64,000 nt of DNA from Gemmatimonas sp. Lineage in GTDB: Bacteria; Gemmatimonadota; Gemmatimonadetes; Gemmatimonadales; Gemmatimonadaceae. The stretch covers positions 4,640,001-4,704,000 of the forward strand of contig OZ257156.1 in NCBI GenBank assembly GCA_965279375.1, written 5' to 3'. Both the position numbers and the translations under genes were made by a program. Below are positions 42,801-52,277 of this stretch, in pieces; the first letter of the stretch is position 1; each line of letters opens with the position of its first letter. The notes beneath the pieces were generated by a model. The model ran no database searches. It was not told the DNA's origin and worked only from the letters and a program-made list of their open reading frames with translations.

Positions 42801-43210
42801 TCGTGCTGGTGAATGGTCACCGCCTGCCGCTACGGCCATCTGGCGTTGCATCGGAGCTCGTCGGCGGTGTGCGATTCCGCGCGTGGGCACCGCCGCACAG
42901 CCTCCATGCGCATCTTGGCATTCATCACCCGATCGCGCTCGACATCGTCGACACGTGGGGGCGTCGCTCGCTCGGCGCGTGCGCCTATCACGTCTGGCAT
43001 CCGGAAGGGCGCAGTTTCGATTCGCCGCCGCTCACCCGATTCGAAGCATCCGCGCGTCGCGCACAACGCTTCACGCGAGAATCGCCGTTGCGGGCGCCGG
43101 TGCAGCCTCGCGAAGCCGCCGCGCACGGCGACGCTCCCTACACGCTCGACCTGCGCCGCTACCCTATCGATCGTCCGCCACCACGCGGTGAGGAGACTGC
43201 CGACTCGTGA
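39857..43210 (+). CDS. Transglutaminase-like domain fused to DUF2126 putative amidoligase
   Basis: WQQDPYGN, NPFDFF, GSCRDSA (Cys), DLHAWAEV, WIGLDATSG, TMGGEPTF, YPGESLPRW, TPDPGVLEV, GGGNH, GNTHRAE, RYVDSS, YHVWHPEGR. Confidence 0.9.
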   Translation: MRLLVQHQSTWAYPTPAALGPHLIRLAPASHTKARIETFGLNVGPTAGDIRWQQDPYGNKVARLTYPAGTRVPALQVGIEFTCEVKPVNPFDFFVDDRCKEAPFAYPAELQPDLAPFLDLRDASLTGGPKLDAFLDALPRDGDTVQLVVALNEAVNRVTRYVIREEAGIWTPEETLTNGRGSCRDSAVLLIAALRSRGLAARFVSGYLIQLTDEGMIPGAPKGVSRDVVDLHAWAEVFIPGGGWIGLDATSGLLCGEGHIPLACTATPPLAAPVEGTSDTQAEGVSFTMRIERLGHEPQPTRPYEESVWEALLAAGDRADEALRAAGLTMTMGGEPTFNGRDNPSYPEWNGDALGPDKTKVGRRFAAGLVERLAPGGIIMERVGKQYPGESLPRWALDIIGRRDRRPIWRGPTLVDPTGATTADATRFAATLAGRLGLGRFVIAAYEDPWRALQDEANLPIDVDPRTAKLTDSEERRRLARLLDRGINTEVGYVLPLTRFEGAWVSDRWTFRRGNCFLLPGDGPMGLRLPLQSLTAAWVAAPTEASLDAPDPRREAALKAEDERQARLRAALQRVIQTQREGSRQTQSSVGIIGGTVVQGATVRTALCVEARDGALRVFFPPLETLDDFLALLSAVDRTSQDLGLPVALEGYPPPSSNELQKFCITPDPGVLEVALTPVTSVREHAALVDTVFDVALHAGLHSEKYLLDGRMAGSGGGNHITFGGPEPLQSPFLSRPDLLASLLTFLQHHPSLSYMFSGLFVGPTSEAPRVDEARHDALYELEIALDRAHDRSQPTPTWLTDLLFRHLLVDVAGNTHRAELSIDKLFDPNTPYGRQGIIEMRAFEMPPHPRMITAQALLLRSLLASFAHEPYQAPLVRWGQTLHDKFLLPTFLWRDFEDVLGFLDARGFPLPVDGYKPFVDLRCPLVGTLDAGDIVLEVRNAIEPWPVLGEEATPTGTSRYVDSSMERIEVRLRGAVAERHVVLVNGHRLPLRPSGVASELVGGVRFRAWAPPHSLHAHLGIHHPIALDIVDTWGRRSLGACAYHVWHPEGRSFDSPPLTRFEASARRAQRFTRESPLRAPVQPREAAAHGDAPYTLDLRRYPIDRPPPRGEETADS

Positions 43211-44679
43211 CAAACAGCCTGCCCTCCAGTCTCTTCGAACGCTATCAGTCACCGCCGGGCACGTATGACGAACTCTTCGACGCCACCGGTGCCGCGCGCG
43301 ACGCGTTTCACCGTGTGCTGGCCGCCCTCGGCGCGTCATCGCCCGAAGACTTCGCCAAAAGTCAGGCGCTCGCCGAAGTGGCAATGCTCAAGCAAGGCGT
43401 CACCTTTTCGGTGTACGCTGACAATCGTGGCACCGAAAAGGTCTTTCCGTTCGATCTGGTACCACGCATCGTCGCCGCGCCCGACTGGCAGCCGCTCGAG
43501 CGTGGGCTCGCGCAACGCGTGCAAGCGCTCGGACATTTTCTGGACGATGTCTACGGCGAGCAGCGCATCCTCCGCGACGGCATCATCCCGCGCGAGCTGG
43601 TGCTGGGCGCACAGCAGTACCTGCCCGTCATTCACGGCGTGAGGCCGGCCGGCGGCGTGCGTGTCCACATCGCGGGCATCGATCTCATTCGCGATGCGGA
43701 CGGCTGCTTCCGCGTGCTCGAGGACAACGTGCGCACCCCCTCCGGCGTGTCGTACGTGCTGGAGAATCGCCTCGTCACCAAGCGCATCTTCCCGCGCCTG
43801 TTCGAGCAGGCGTCAGTGCATCGCGTCGATCACTACCCTACGCGACTCGGCGAAACGCTGCGCAGCGTCTCCCCGCGCGACCCGGATGAATCCACCGTGG
43901 TGGTGCTCACCCCCGGGTCATACAACTCGGCGTACTTCGAGCACAGCTTTCTCGCGCGGCAGATGGGCATCGAGCTGGTGGAGGCGCCGGACCTGTTCGT
44001 CGAGCACGACAAGGTGTTCATGCGAACCACGCGCGGACCGAGGCGCGTGGACGTGATCTATCGCCGCACCGACGAACTCTTTCTCGACCCCGAAGTCTTC
44101 CGCCCCGACTCCGTGCTGGGTGTGCGCGGCCTCATGCGCGCGTGGGCCGCCGGCAACGTGACGTTAGCCAACGCGCCGGGCAATGGCGTCGCCGACGACA
44201 AGGCGATCTATCCGTTTGTACCGGACATGATTCGCTACTACCTCTCGGAAGCGCCCATCCTCGAACAGGTGCCCACGTACGTGTGCCTGCGCGACGAGGA
44301 CCGTCGCTACGTGGTGGACCATCTCAGCGAGCTGGTGGTGAAGGCCGTGGATGAATCGGGCGGCTACGGCATGCTCATGGGACCACAGGCGTCCAAGAAG
44401 GAGATCGACGAGTTCCGCACGCGGATCGAGGCCGACCCGCGCAAGTACATCGCGCAGCCGCGCATCGAACTCTCTACCTGCCCCACCTGGGACCCGAGCA
44501 AGCGCTGCATGGAAGCCCGTCGCGTGGATCTGCGTCCATATATCCTCTCCAATGCGCAGGGCCCGTGGGTGCTGCCCGGTGGCCTCACGCGCGTCGCACT
44601 CGTGCCCGGATCCTACGTCGTCAATTCGTCGCAAGGCGGCGGATCGAAAGACACGTGGGTGCAGAAGGGGGTCGCATGA
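43207..44679 (+). CDS. Circularly permuted type 2 ATP-grasp protein
   Basis: FPFDLVPR, VLEDNVRTPSGVSY, NSAYFEH, NAPGNGVADDK, GGYG, DLRP, VVNSSQGGGSKDTWV. Confidence 0.93.
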   Translation: MTNSLPSSLFERYQSPPGTYDELFDATGAARDAFHRVLAALGASSPEDFAKSQALAEVAMLKQGVTFSVYADNRGTEKVFPFDLVPRIVAAPDWQPLERGLAQRVQALGHFLDDVYGEQRILRDGIIPRELVLGAQQYLPVIHGVRPAGGVRVHIAGIDLIRDADGCFRVLEDNVRTPSGVSYVLENRLVTKRIFPRLFEQASVHRVDHYPTRLGETLRSVSPRDPDESTVVVLTPGSYNSAYFEHSFLARQMGIELVEAPDLFVEHDKVFMRTTRGPRRVDVIYRRTDELFLDPEVFRPDSVLGVRGLMRAWAAGNVTLANAPGNGVADDKAIYPFVPDMIRYYLSEAPILEQVPTYVCLRDEDRRYVVDHLSELVVKAVDESGGYGMLMGPQASKKEIDEFRTRIEADPRKYIAQPRIELSTCPTWDPSKRCMEARRVDLRPYILSNAQGPWVLPGGLTRVALVPGSYVVNSSQGGGSKDTWVQKGVA

Positions 44680-45662
44680 TCTCACGCGTTGCCGACTGCT
44701 GCTTCTGGTTAGGGCGCTATGTCGAGCGCATCGAGGCGACGGCCCGCCTGCTCTCCGTTACGCGCACCTTGGCGATGGACGCCGAGCTGGAGCCGCGGCA
44801 GTGCTGGCTGCCGGTCGTCATCGTGATCGGTGAAGAGCCGCAGTTCATCGACCGCACGACGGAGTCGCCCATCGCGCAGACCTCGGGCGAACAGGTCGAA
44901 CGGTACATGACGTGGGATGAGCAGAACCTCTCCTCCATCAAGGCCTCCATCGCCGCCGCGCGAGAGAACGCACGACAGATCCGCGAGGTGATCAGCCTCG
45001 AAGTGTGGGAGGCGATCAACGAGTTGTATCTCTGGATGGGTGGCGCCGATGCACGCGCTGAGTATGCGAGCGATCGGTACATGTTCTATCGGTTCATCCG
45101 GCAGCGCTGTCAGTTGGTTGCAGGGCTGCTGCGCTCCACCATGCTGCACGAGCTCCCGCTCAACTTCATCTGGCTGGGCATGCTGCTCGAGCGTGCGGGG
45201 CAGACGGCACGCGTGGTTGACGTGCAGCACCACGCGCTGGTGATGCGCGAGCGTGAAAATCAGGTGATCGAGACCGCGCTCTGGCTCTCGCTGCTGCGAG
45301 CCTGCTCGGCGTTCGAGCCGTTCACCAAGCGCAACCGCGGGCGCATCACCGGCGACGCCGTGGCGCACTTCCTGATCTTCGAGCCGCTCTTCCCCAAGTC
45401 CATCGCCTACAGTGTGCATGAGGCATGGCGGCGGTTCATGGTCATTCGCCCGCCGGAAGAGCCGGATCTACCCGGCGCTCGGAGCGCGGAGCGGCTGCGC
45501 GCGCTGGATCGATGGATCGCCGACAGGGCCGCGGTCGGGGCCGCTGGTGACGTTCACGGCATGCTCACACATGTTGTGGATGAAATTGCCGATATTTGTA
45601 CGGACATCGGTGCCGAACTTTTTGGCCACGCGTCCGCCCCCGCCCTGGAGTCTGCGCAGTAA
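44676..45662 (+). CDS. Alpha-E domain protein
   Basis: MISRVAD..FWLGRYVERIE..AR, ARENAR.IRE.IS.E.WE, LG..LERA..TAR, FPKS. Confidence 0.92.
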   Translation: MISRVADCCFWLGRYVERIEATARLLSVTRTLAMDAELEPRQCWLPVVIVIGEEPQFIDRTTESPIAQTSGEQVERYMTWDEQNLSSIKASIAAARENARQIREVISLEVWEAINELYLWMGGADARAEYASDRYMFYRFIRQRCQLVAGLLRSTMLHELPLNFIWLGMLLERAGQTARVVDVQHHALVMRERENQVIETALWLSLLRACSAFEPFTKRNRGRITGDAVAHFLIFEPLFPKSIAYSVHEAWRRFMVIRPPEEPDLPGARSAERLRALDRWIADRAAVGAAGDVHGMLTHVVDEIADICTDIGAELFGHASAPALESAQ

Positions 45663-47491
45663 TGCCCAAGTACCTCGCGATGTCGTTCGAAGGCGACTTC
45701 GCACCCTCGTTCGACCTGCATTGCCTGCGCCCCGGACGTCGCCCCCCTGATGGCTGGGGGCTGGGCTACTACCCGGGCGGTGGACAGGCGGCGGCTGTTC
45801 TCAAGGAACCGTCTCCACCGTTCGGCAGCATTCGCAGTGAGCTGGTGAAGGCGTGGGAGCATCTGGAGTCGTCGCTGTTCGTGCTGCACATCCGCGTGGC
45901 CACGTGGGGCCCAGTCAGCGACGCCAACACACAGCCGTTCGCGCGTAGCTGGGGCGGGCGCGATTGGTTGATGGCGCATGCCGGCAGCCTGACACAGCGG
46001 TTGCCACAGCGTGCAGGGGCGCGCTTTGAAGCGGTCGGCTCCACCGACACGGAACAGCTCTTCTGCGAACTGCTCGACCGCGTTGCAGACATGGGCTGGC
46101 GCTCGCTCGGCGATGCCGACCCCGAGTTGTTGCGTCGCTGGTTCGCGGAAGTGAACGACAAGGGTGTGCTCACCAGTTGCCTCACCGATGGTCGTGATCT
46201 GGCGGTCTACGCCGACGAGCATGGCGACGGCGACGTGTACGTGTGCGAGATCGTGCCGCCGTTCAACGAGATGTCGTTTGGCGATGAGGATCTCACCGTC
46301 GATCTCGGTCAGCGCGGCGTGAAGAGCCGGAAGGGCGTTGTGGTGTCGAGCGATCCGTTGCAGGTGACTGGCATCAAGGACGCCAAGTGGCGCCGGTTGC
46401 CGCCCGGCCATCTGCTGATCATTCGGCAGGGGGCGATTCGCGTGGAAGTCGCACCCCCCGCGAGTGAGACCGCCGACTCCGCGAGCCCGCTGATCACCGC
46501 AGACGTCATGGGACCCAACGGCGCAGAAGCCGCGGTCATCCGCCGCGCGACGACCGTGCATCCCGTCGCCGCGCCGGTGCGCCAGCTCGAGATCGTGCAT
46601 CACACCGTGTATCGCTACAAACGTCCCGTCGAACGCAGCACGCACAACTTGCGTCTCGTGCCGATGCAGGATCATCTGCAGCGCTTGCTGTCGCACACGC
46701 TGACGGTCACGGTCGACGGACAGCCTCTTTCCACGCCGCAAAGCGCAGAGTACGAAGACGTCTTCGGCAATCGCGCGCAACGCCTGCTCATCGAGCGTCC
46801 GTATCACGAGCTCTCGATCGAGTCACGCGCCACCGTCGAGCTGTACGACACCGATCCGCTCTCGTTCCGTCCGTTGCGCGTGCGCTCCTCCATCCCGCTG
46901 GTGTGGATGCCGTGGCAGCGACAGATCCTGCAGCCGTTTCTGTTGCCTCCGGAGCTGCCGGAGAGTGAGCTCAACGAGCTGCTCGACTACGCGATGAGTT
47001 TCGTGAAGCGCAACGATTCCGATCTGCTGGAAACGTTGCTCGACATCAACAACTCGATCTTCCGCGAGTACGCGTATCGGCAAGGCACCACGACGGTCTC
47101 TACGACGCCGTTCGAGGTGTACGTCAACCGCTTTGGCGTCTGCCAGGATTTCACCAACCTCTTCATCTGCCTCGCGCGCCTGCTCGGCGTTCCGGCGCGC
47201 TACGTGTGCGGCTACGTGTACACGGGCCCCAGGCACGTCAACCAACGCCAGTCGGAAGCGTCGCACGCGTGGGTGCAGGTGTACTTGCCCGAAGTGGGCT
47301 GGAAGGGATTCGATCCGACCAACGGCATCCTCACACAGACGGATCACGTGCGCACCGCCGTGGGTCGCAATTACGTGGACGCCACGCCAACGTCAGGAAC
47401 GATCTACGTGGGCGGTGGCTCGGAGTCGCTGTCGGTGGACGTGCGCGTGTCGCCGACGGAAGCGGTGGCAGAGACGGTTGCGGTGGGTTGA
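45662..47491 (+). CDS. Fusion: degenerate class II glutamine amidotransferase (Ntn) domain + transglutaminase-like domain
   Basis: N half: DGWG, HIRVAT, NTQPF, GSTDTE. C half: HHTVYRY, DVFGN, GVCQDF, SHAWVQVY, GFDPTN, GRNY.DATP. Confidence 0.85.
   Translation: MPKYLAMSFEGDFAPSFDLHCLRPGRRPPDGWGLGYYPGGGQAAAVLKEPSPPFGSIRSELVKAWEHLESSLFVLHIRVATWGPVSDANTQPFARSWGGRDWLMAHAGSLTQRLPQRAGARFEAVGSTDTEQLFCELLDRVADMGWRSLGDADPELLRRWFAEVNDKGVLTSCLTDGRDLAVYADEHGDGDVYVCEIVPPFNEMSFGDEDLTVDLGQRGVKSRKGVVVSSDPLQVTGIKDAKWRRLPPGHLLIIRQGAIRVEVAPPASETADSASPLITADVMGPNGAEAAVIRRATTVHPVAAPVRQLEIVHHTVYRYKRPVERSTHNLRLVPMQDHLQRLLSHTLTVTVDGQPLSTPQSAEYEDVFGNRAQRLLIERPYHELSIESRATVELYDTDPLSFRPLRVRSSIPLVWMPWQRQILQPFLLPPELPESELNELLDYAMSFVKRNDSDLLETLLDINNSIFREYAYRQGTTTVSTTPFEVYVNRFGVCQDFTNLFICLARLLGVPARYVCGYVYTGPRHVNQRQSEASHAWVQVYLPEVGWKGFDPTNGILTQTDHVRTAVGRNYVDATPTSGTIYVGGGSESLSVDVRVSPTEAVAETVAVG
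47355..47457 (+). repeat. Direct repeat copy 1 (3' end of the transglutaminase gene; attL-like)
   Basis: Ungapped match to 53773-53875 (offset 6418), about 10 mismatches in 103 bp by manual count; 46-bp identical core at 47391-47436. Confidence 0.92.
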
Positions 47492-47495
47492 GTGG

Positions 47496-50400
47496 TCAGC
47501 TGTTGGGTGGGTCGGGTAGCGTTGTCAGCGCCGTGAGTGCCTGCAGGCGATCGCTATCGTCCGCAAGTTTGGCCAGCTGTAGTTGCGTAGCGGCGAACGC
47601 GGCATCGCGCTGGACGCGGTAGGCCGCGTATTGCTCCCCGCGACGCGTGAGGGTGAGGATGCCGAGTACGGCTCCTGCCCACGCGTCGCCTGCGTCGCGA
47701 CGCTCGCTCAGATGCGCCGAAACAGAAGGCGAGAGCAGCTCCTCCAAGTGGTCCGTCAAATATTCGGACGAGAAGCCCGCAGTGGACCACTCGTGGACGG
47801 CAACTCGCGCGAGCAACGGCGCGTACGCTTCGACGATGCCATCGCTGCGCGCCTTCGCGAGCAGGCCGCGACGCTGCTGGACGGCTGTTGGATTCGCACC
47901 GGCGTCGAGCAACTCGAGCAGGAGCGTATCGCTGCCCGGCTCCAACAGCTCCGGATGCGCCGCGAGATAGTCGCGTGAGTGCGACCAGCTATCCGCGTTC
48001 CACCACGCCACAGCCAGACGATCGAGCGCCGGATCGATGCGCAGCCACTCCGGCACGTCGCCTGCCGCATGTTGCCAGTGTGCATCGAAGACATCCGGAT
48101 ATCTCGCGCGTTCGCGACGTGCAATCATCCGCAGATATCTCGCGCGCCCGCGTACGAGCTCTGGCTCGCTCAGCGCCGCGTGTAGGCAGCGCACAGTTTC
48201 CCCGAACTGCTCAACAGGGCGCGAGCGCAGTATCTGCAGGTTTTCGACAAGCGACGGGTTGTCCGCCAGGGACAGCAGGACCGCGTTCCAGACCGCGTCG
48301 TCGGCGCCCGAGAGCGGCGCAGCCAGCAGTTCCGCCGCTCGCAACTCTCCCTGAGCGATCGCGCGGAGCCGATTGATGCCCTCTGCCATAACGGACGCGC
48401 CCTCATCTTCCGCACCGGTCTCGTTCAGAGCGCGACCCCGAACGATGTATGCCAACGCCAGCGCCACAGCGCTCGCCGAACGTCCAGGACTTTCCAGCAG
48501 CGCGAGCGCACGCGTCGATAGCGAAAGCGCACTCGCGAAGTCGTCAGCCTTGAGCTGCATCAGGCTCAGATTGAAAAGCGCCGTCCCAACCCACCCGTCG
48601 GATACGCCTCGCAGCGAATCCACGTCCAGCAGAGCGAGTGCTTCTTCCAACGACCGGCGGGCATCCTCAACGCGATCGAGCGCAAGCAACGCTGCGCCAG
48701 CGTTGAGCGCGCACACGCCGCGGGGCAACCCCGTCTGCCCGGACGCTTGGTACGGTGCCAGCACCGCGTGCGCTTCCGCCGCGAACGCCAGCGCCTCCAG
48801 CGGCCGCGCCTGCGTCACGCAGCCGCCGGTGAGATCAGCAAGCAACGACGCCAACTGCAGTGCGGACGCCAGCGTACTGATGTGCGCCTCGCGGAAGGCC
48901 TCAAGCGAACCTTCGCGTGCCTCTGCCGCCTCCTCGCTGCGGCCGAGCTGTTCCAGCATGGCGAACAGTCGACCCCACGACGCCACGGTTCCGCGACGAA
49001 CGAGACGATCGGGGGACGAGCTCATCAACGTGATCGCTTCTCGTTGGCGATCGACCAGTACTTCCGTAGCGCCGCCCGTCGCTATCGCAACCGACGTGTC
49101 GACCACGATGCCCAGAATCGCACGGAGCTGCGCGCTGCGCGCCGACGAACGCAGTCTCTCCTCGAGCGACGCGAGTTCGGCGAGTCCCGTCCTCGCGTCC
49201 GTGCTCAGCAATTGCACTGCACGTTCGAGCTGTACCAGCGCCAACGAGACCTGCGCGTCGGCGTTGCTCTCCGCGTGTGGACTGATCAGGCCAAGCGCTT
49301 CATTCAGCAACGCCAGCGGATCGGTCCCGATCGGAGACGCCCAGCCGAGTATCCCTTCGACGCGCATCGTAAAGGCGAGGAGCCGCAACCCTTCCGCCGT
49401 GGCGACGTCGAGAATCGTACCCGTCGCTTGGCGCGCACGGTGCAGTATCGCCACGCGCTCAGCGGCCAGTGGTCGTGGTCTCGTATCCGCAGGCCGCACG
49501 CCAGTAGCACCGCTCTCATAGAGCGCGCCGACAAGCTCGGCCACCTCGATCTTGGCGCGAATCACCAGAGCATCCACCAGCAGGGCGATGCGATGGTCGC
49601 TCGACTCCGTCTCCGCGTCGAGCAGCGTGATCGCGCGCCGGCTATAGCCGTCGGCGCTCGTCATGTCTCCTAGCGCTTGCGCGGACTGCGCCGCCAGGTA
49701 GAGCGCGCGAGGCAGCTCGAATGCGCGCACCTCCGGTTCGTCGACGAGCGACTCGAGCAGTTCGATTGCCTCTTGAGCAACCCGAACAGATGCGCGCGGA
49801 TTTCCGAGCCGCAGTTGTGAAAGCACCCGCGCGGTCAGCGTCCCCGCCAGCGTTCGTCGTCCAGACGATTGCTCGGTCGCGTTGCGCGCGATGTCGGAGG
49901 CCTCCGTAGCCGCGGCATCGGACTCTTCCGATTCCTCCGCGGCGCCCAACGCGGAGGACAACGCGTACAATGCCATCGCAAGCTCCATCGGCACGCCGAG
50001 CTGGCGCTGGATGTCGACGGCCTCTCGTTGCAATTCCACCGACTCCTTCGGCAATCCGCGAAGCAGTGCGGTGCTGCTGACGACCGCCAGTGCTTGGGCG
50101 AGGCTGGGGAGGAACGCGTCGCGATCGCGCTCCACCAGTCGGCGCAATAGGACGATCCCCTCCGGCCCCGCATCCGCGAGATGTCGCCAGGCGTGACGCC
50201 AGAGGTACGGGTGCGCCTTCGGCGGCTGCCCTTGATCGAGCAGGGACTCATACTGCTCCGCGATGGCCGTCGCGATCGCGCGTGCGGCCTCTGGCAACAG
50301 ACGTCGTCCGAGCGCCGCACCGGTCGTGGGCCGCAGATAGTCCACCAAGCGCTGGTGCGCGATGCGAAACACGCCCTGATCGCCTTCGGATCCGGCCACC

Positions 50401-52277
50401 ACGTGGCGAGCGAGCGCGTCGAGCAACGCGTACACATCGTCGCGCTGATACGTTGTGCCGCTGGGCGAGAGCGCGGTCGCCACCGCCGGCCAGACATCAT
50501 CAGGCGGGAAACCGCTTCCCAGCGCACAGGCAAGCGCGCGCATCAGTTCACGTGCCGCGCTGGGGTGTGCGCGACCGCCGATCATGAGCACGGTCTGTTC
50601 GAGGTCGCGTTCGAGCGCCGCCTCCACGCCGGTGGGCAATCGGTCGCGCCAATCCGCGCGACTGGTATCCACTGGTGTCTCGCGCAGCTGCGAGGTCACC
50701 AGCCGCGCGAACAGGAACGGTCCCGCGCCGAGCGGTGCGTCAGCGGCGGCGGCTTCGATGATCGCGTCGGCAACCAGCGTGGGATCCATTTCGCGTGAGA
50801 CGCTTTCCAGTCGACGCACCACGTATCGGCGCACATCCTGCATCGTCTCTGCGGCATCGTCCGCGAGATTGATCGTCTCCCCGGTGGTGCCAAGCAGCGC
50901 CAATAGTCCCGGTTGCCCCGCGCCACTGGAGACCTCGCGCGTACCCACCAATACCAGCGCCTCGCGCGAAAGGGGCTGCACCACTTCGAGTGCGAGATTG
51001 CGGCACTCCGTGTCGCCCGCTTCGTCGAGCCCGTCAAGCACGAGCATGAGCGGCCGTCCCTCACGCTTGCGGCGGGCGGCAAGTCCCAGAATGTCGTAGA
51101 TGCTCGAATCCGCGTCGAGCTCGAGTTGTTGCGCGAGATTCACGACGGCGGTGCGTGTATCCAGTCCACGACAGTGCAACTGCGCGCTCACTGTTCCTTC
51201 ACCTGGATCAAGCGTGTCGGGGATGTCGTCTTGCGTGAGCAGGCGCGCCCGCTCCCAGGAATCAGACAGACTCGCGATGCGCCCGAGAACAGCGGACTTC
51301 CCCGAGCCCGCGGGCCCGGTCACAACACATGTACCCGGCGCTCTGCGCGCGATCCACGACACGATGCGCGACAATACGCTGGTGCGCCCGGTGAAGAACG
51401 AGATGTCGGCTTCCTGCGGCTGGGCGACCGCGCGCTCGTCAGGATCACCCTCCGGCGCCAGGCCTCGCGTACGCACGCGCGAGGGGCCGCGAAGCACACC
51501 ACGTGACGTGCCGCGCGCCGCCTGGAGCAGATGCTCTACCACACGATGCTGCGCCTGCGGCCGATAGAGGGGATTGCGCAGCATCGGCCACGCATTGCCC
51601 GTCGAGGCCTGTTGCGGTGAATGCCGATCCTCCGACCACTCCTTCAACAACGCGTCGATGACATCGTCGCCGCGCACGCGCGCATCGTACACTCCCCAGC
51701 GCAATCGTAAGCGTTCGTCCTTGGGACCTTCGGTGAGCAGTCGCTTGAGTTCGCGCGGCAGCGCACCGCTCAGCGATTCCTCATCGGCGCGCGACGCCGA
51801 CACCACGCCGAACCACGCGGAGCCCGGATCCTTACGTCCGGCGATCACCGCGTCGGCCATGGCGAGGGCCGGCGCCACCCCGCCGCCGGAGAAACAGGTG
51901 TCCACGACCACGAGCACTTGCGACGCGCCGGTGCGCGCGGCCCATGCACCGAGTTGCGCAGCACTCGCCACTTCGTCGTCGCGCACGTCGTCGGCGCGAC
52001 TCATGAGCAGGACGTCGCCGTCCGGCCCCGGCGCTCCGTGTCCGATCCAGACCACCACCAGCACGCCGCCCTGCAGCGATTGCCTGCCGAGCGCCCCTGT
52101 GACCTTCCCCAGCAAATCACCCTGCGTCAGGTCGGCAAGCAGCACGCCGTCGAAACCATGCTCGGTCTTCAGGTGTGTGACCAACTCCGACGTATCAGGA
52201 ACTGCGCGCTGGAGCGGCGCGAGCTTCGCGTATGCCCCGTTTGCGATCGCGACAACCCGGTGCGCCTGCTCGCTCAC
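47496..52277 (-). CDS. Caspase-like (C14) protease - STAND/NACHT-like NTPase - TPR repeat protein, ~1593 aa
   Basis: VVAIANGAY..L..L, WIGHG (His), VVDTCFSG (Cys), SAS; FTGR, GPAGSGKS (Walker A), LVLDGLDEAG (Walker B), LVGTR, FRIAHQ; TPR-like helical repeats; GTGA overlap with the lipase stop. Confidence 0.85.
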   Translation of the reverse strand: MSEQAHRVVAIANGAYAKLAPLQRAVPDTSELVTHLKTEHGFDGVLLADLTQGDLLGKVTGALGRQSLQGGVLVVVWIGHGAPGPDGDVLLMSRADDVRDDEVASAAQLGAWAARTGASQVLVVVDTCFSGGGVAPALAMADAVIAGRKDPGSAWFGVVSASRADEESLSGALPRELKRLLTEGPKDERLRLRWGVYDARVRGDDVIDALLKEWSEDRHSPQQASTGNAWPMLRNPLYRPQAQHRVVEHLLQAARGTSRGVLRGPSRVRTRGLAPEGDPDERAVAQPQEADISFFTGRTSVLSRIVSWIARRAPGTCVVTGPAGSGKSAVLGRIASLSDSWERARLLTQDDIPDTLDPGEGTVSAQLHCRGLDTRTAVVNLAQQLELDADSSIYDILGLAARRKREGRPLMLVLDGLDEAGDTECRNLALEVVQPLSREALVLVGTREVSSGAGQPGLLALLGTTGETINLADDAAETMQDVRRYVVRRLESVSREMDPTLVADAIIEAAAADAPLGAGPFLFARLVTSQLRETPVDTSRADWRDRLPTGVEAALERDLEQTVLMIGGRAHPSAARELMRALACALGSGFPPDDVWPAVATALSPSGTTYQRDDVYALLDALARHVVAGSEGDQGVFRIAHQRLVDYLRPTTGAALGRRLLPEAARAIATAIAEQYESLLDQGQPPKAHPYLWRHAWRHLADAGPEGIVLLRRLVERDRDAFLPSLAQALAVVSSTALLRGLPKESVELQREAVDIQRQLGVPMELAMALYALSSALGAAEESEESDAAATEASDIARNATEQSSGRRTLAGTLTARVLSQLRLGNPRASVRVAQEAIELLESLVDEPEVRAFELPRALYLAAQSAQALGDMTSADGYSRRAITLLDAETESSDHRIALLVDALVIRAKIEVAELVGALYESGATGVRPADTRPRPLAAERVAILHRARQATGTILDVATAEGLRLLAFTMRVEGILGWASPIGTDPLALLNEALGLISPHAESNADAQVSLALVQLERAVQLLSTDARTGLAELASLEERLRSSARSAQLRAILGIVVDTSVAIATGGATEVLVDRQREAITLMSSSPDRLVRRGTVASWGRLFAMLEQLGRSEEAAEAREGSLEAFREAHISTLASALQLASLLADLTGGCVTQARPLEALAFAAEAHAVLAPYQASGQTGLPRGVCALNAGAALLALDRVEDARRSLEEALALLDVDSLRGVSDGWVGTALFNLSLMQLKADDFASALSLSTRALALLESPGRSASAVALALAYIVRGRALNETGAEDEGASVMAEGINRLRAIAQGELRAAELLAAPLSGADDAVWNAVLLSLADNPSLVENLQILRSRPVEQFGETVRCLHAALSEPELVRGRARYLRMIARRERARYPDVFDAHWQHAAGDVPEWLRIDPALDRLAVAWWNADSWSHSRDYLAAHPELLEPGSDTLLLELLDAGANPTAVQQRRGLLAKARSDGIVEAYAPLLARVAVHEWSTAGFSSEYLTDHLEELLSPSVSAHLSERRDAGDAWAGAVLGILTLTRRGEQYAAYRVQRDAAFAATQLQLAKLADDSDRLQALTALTTLPDPPNS

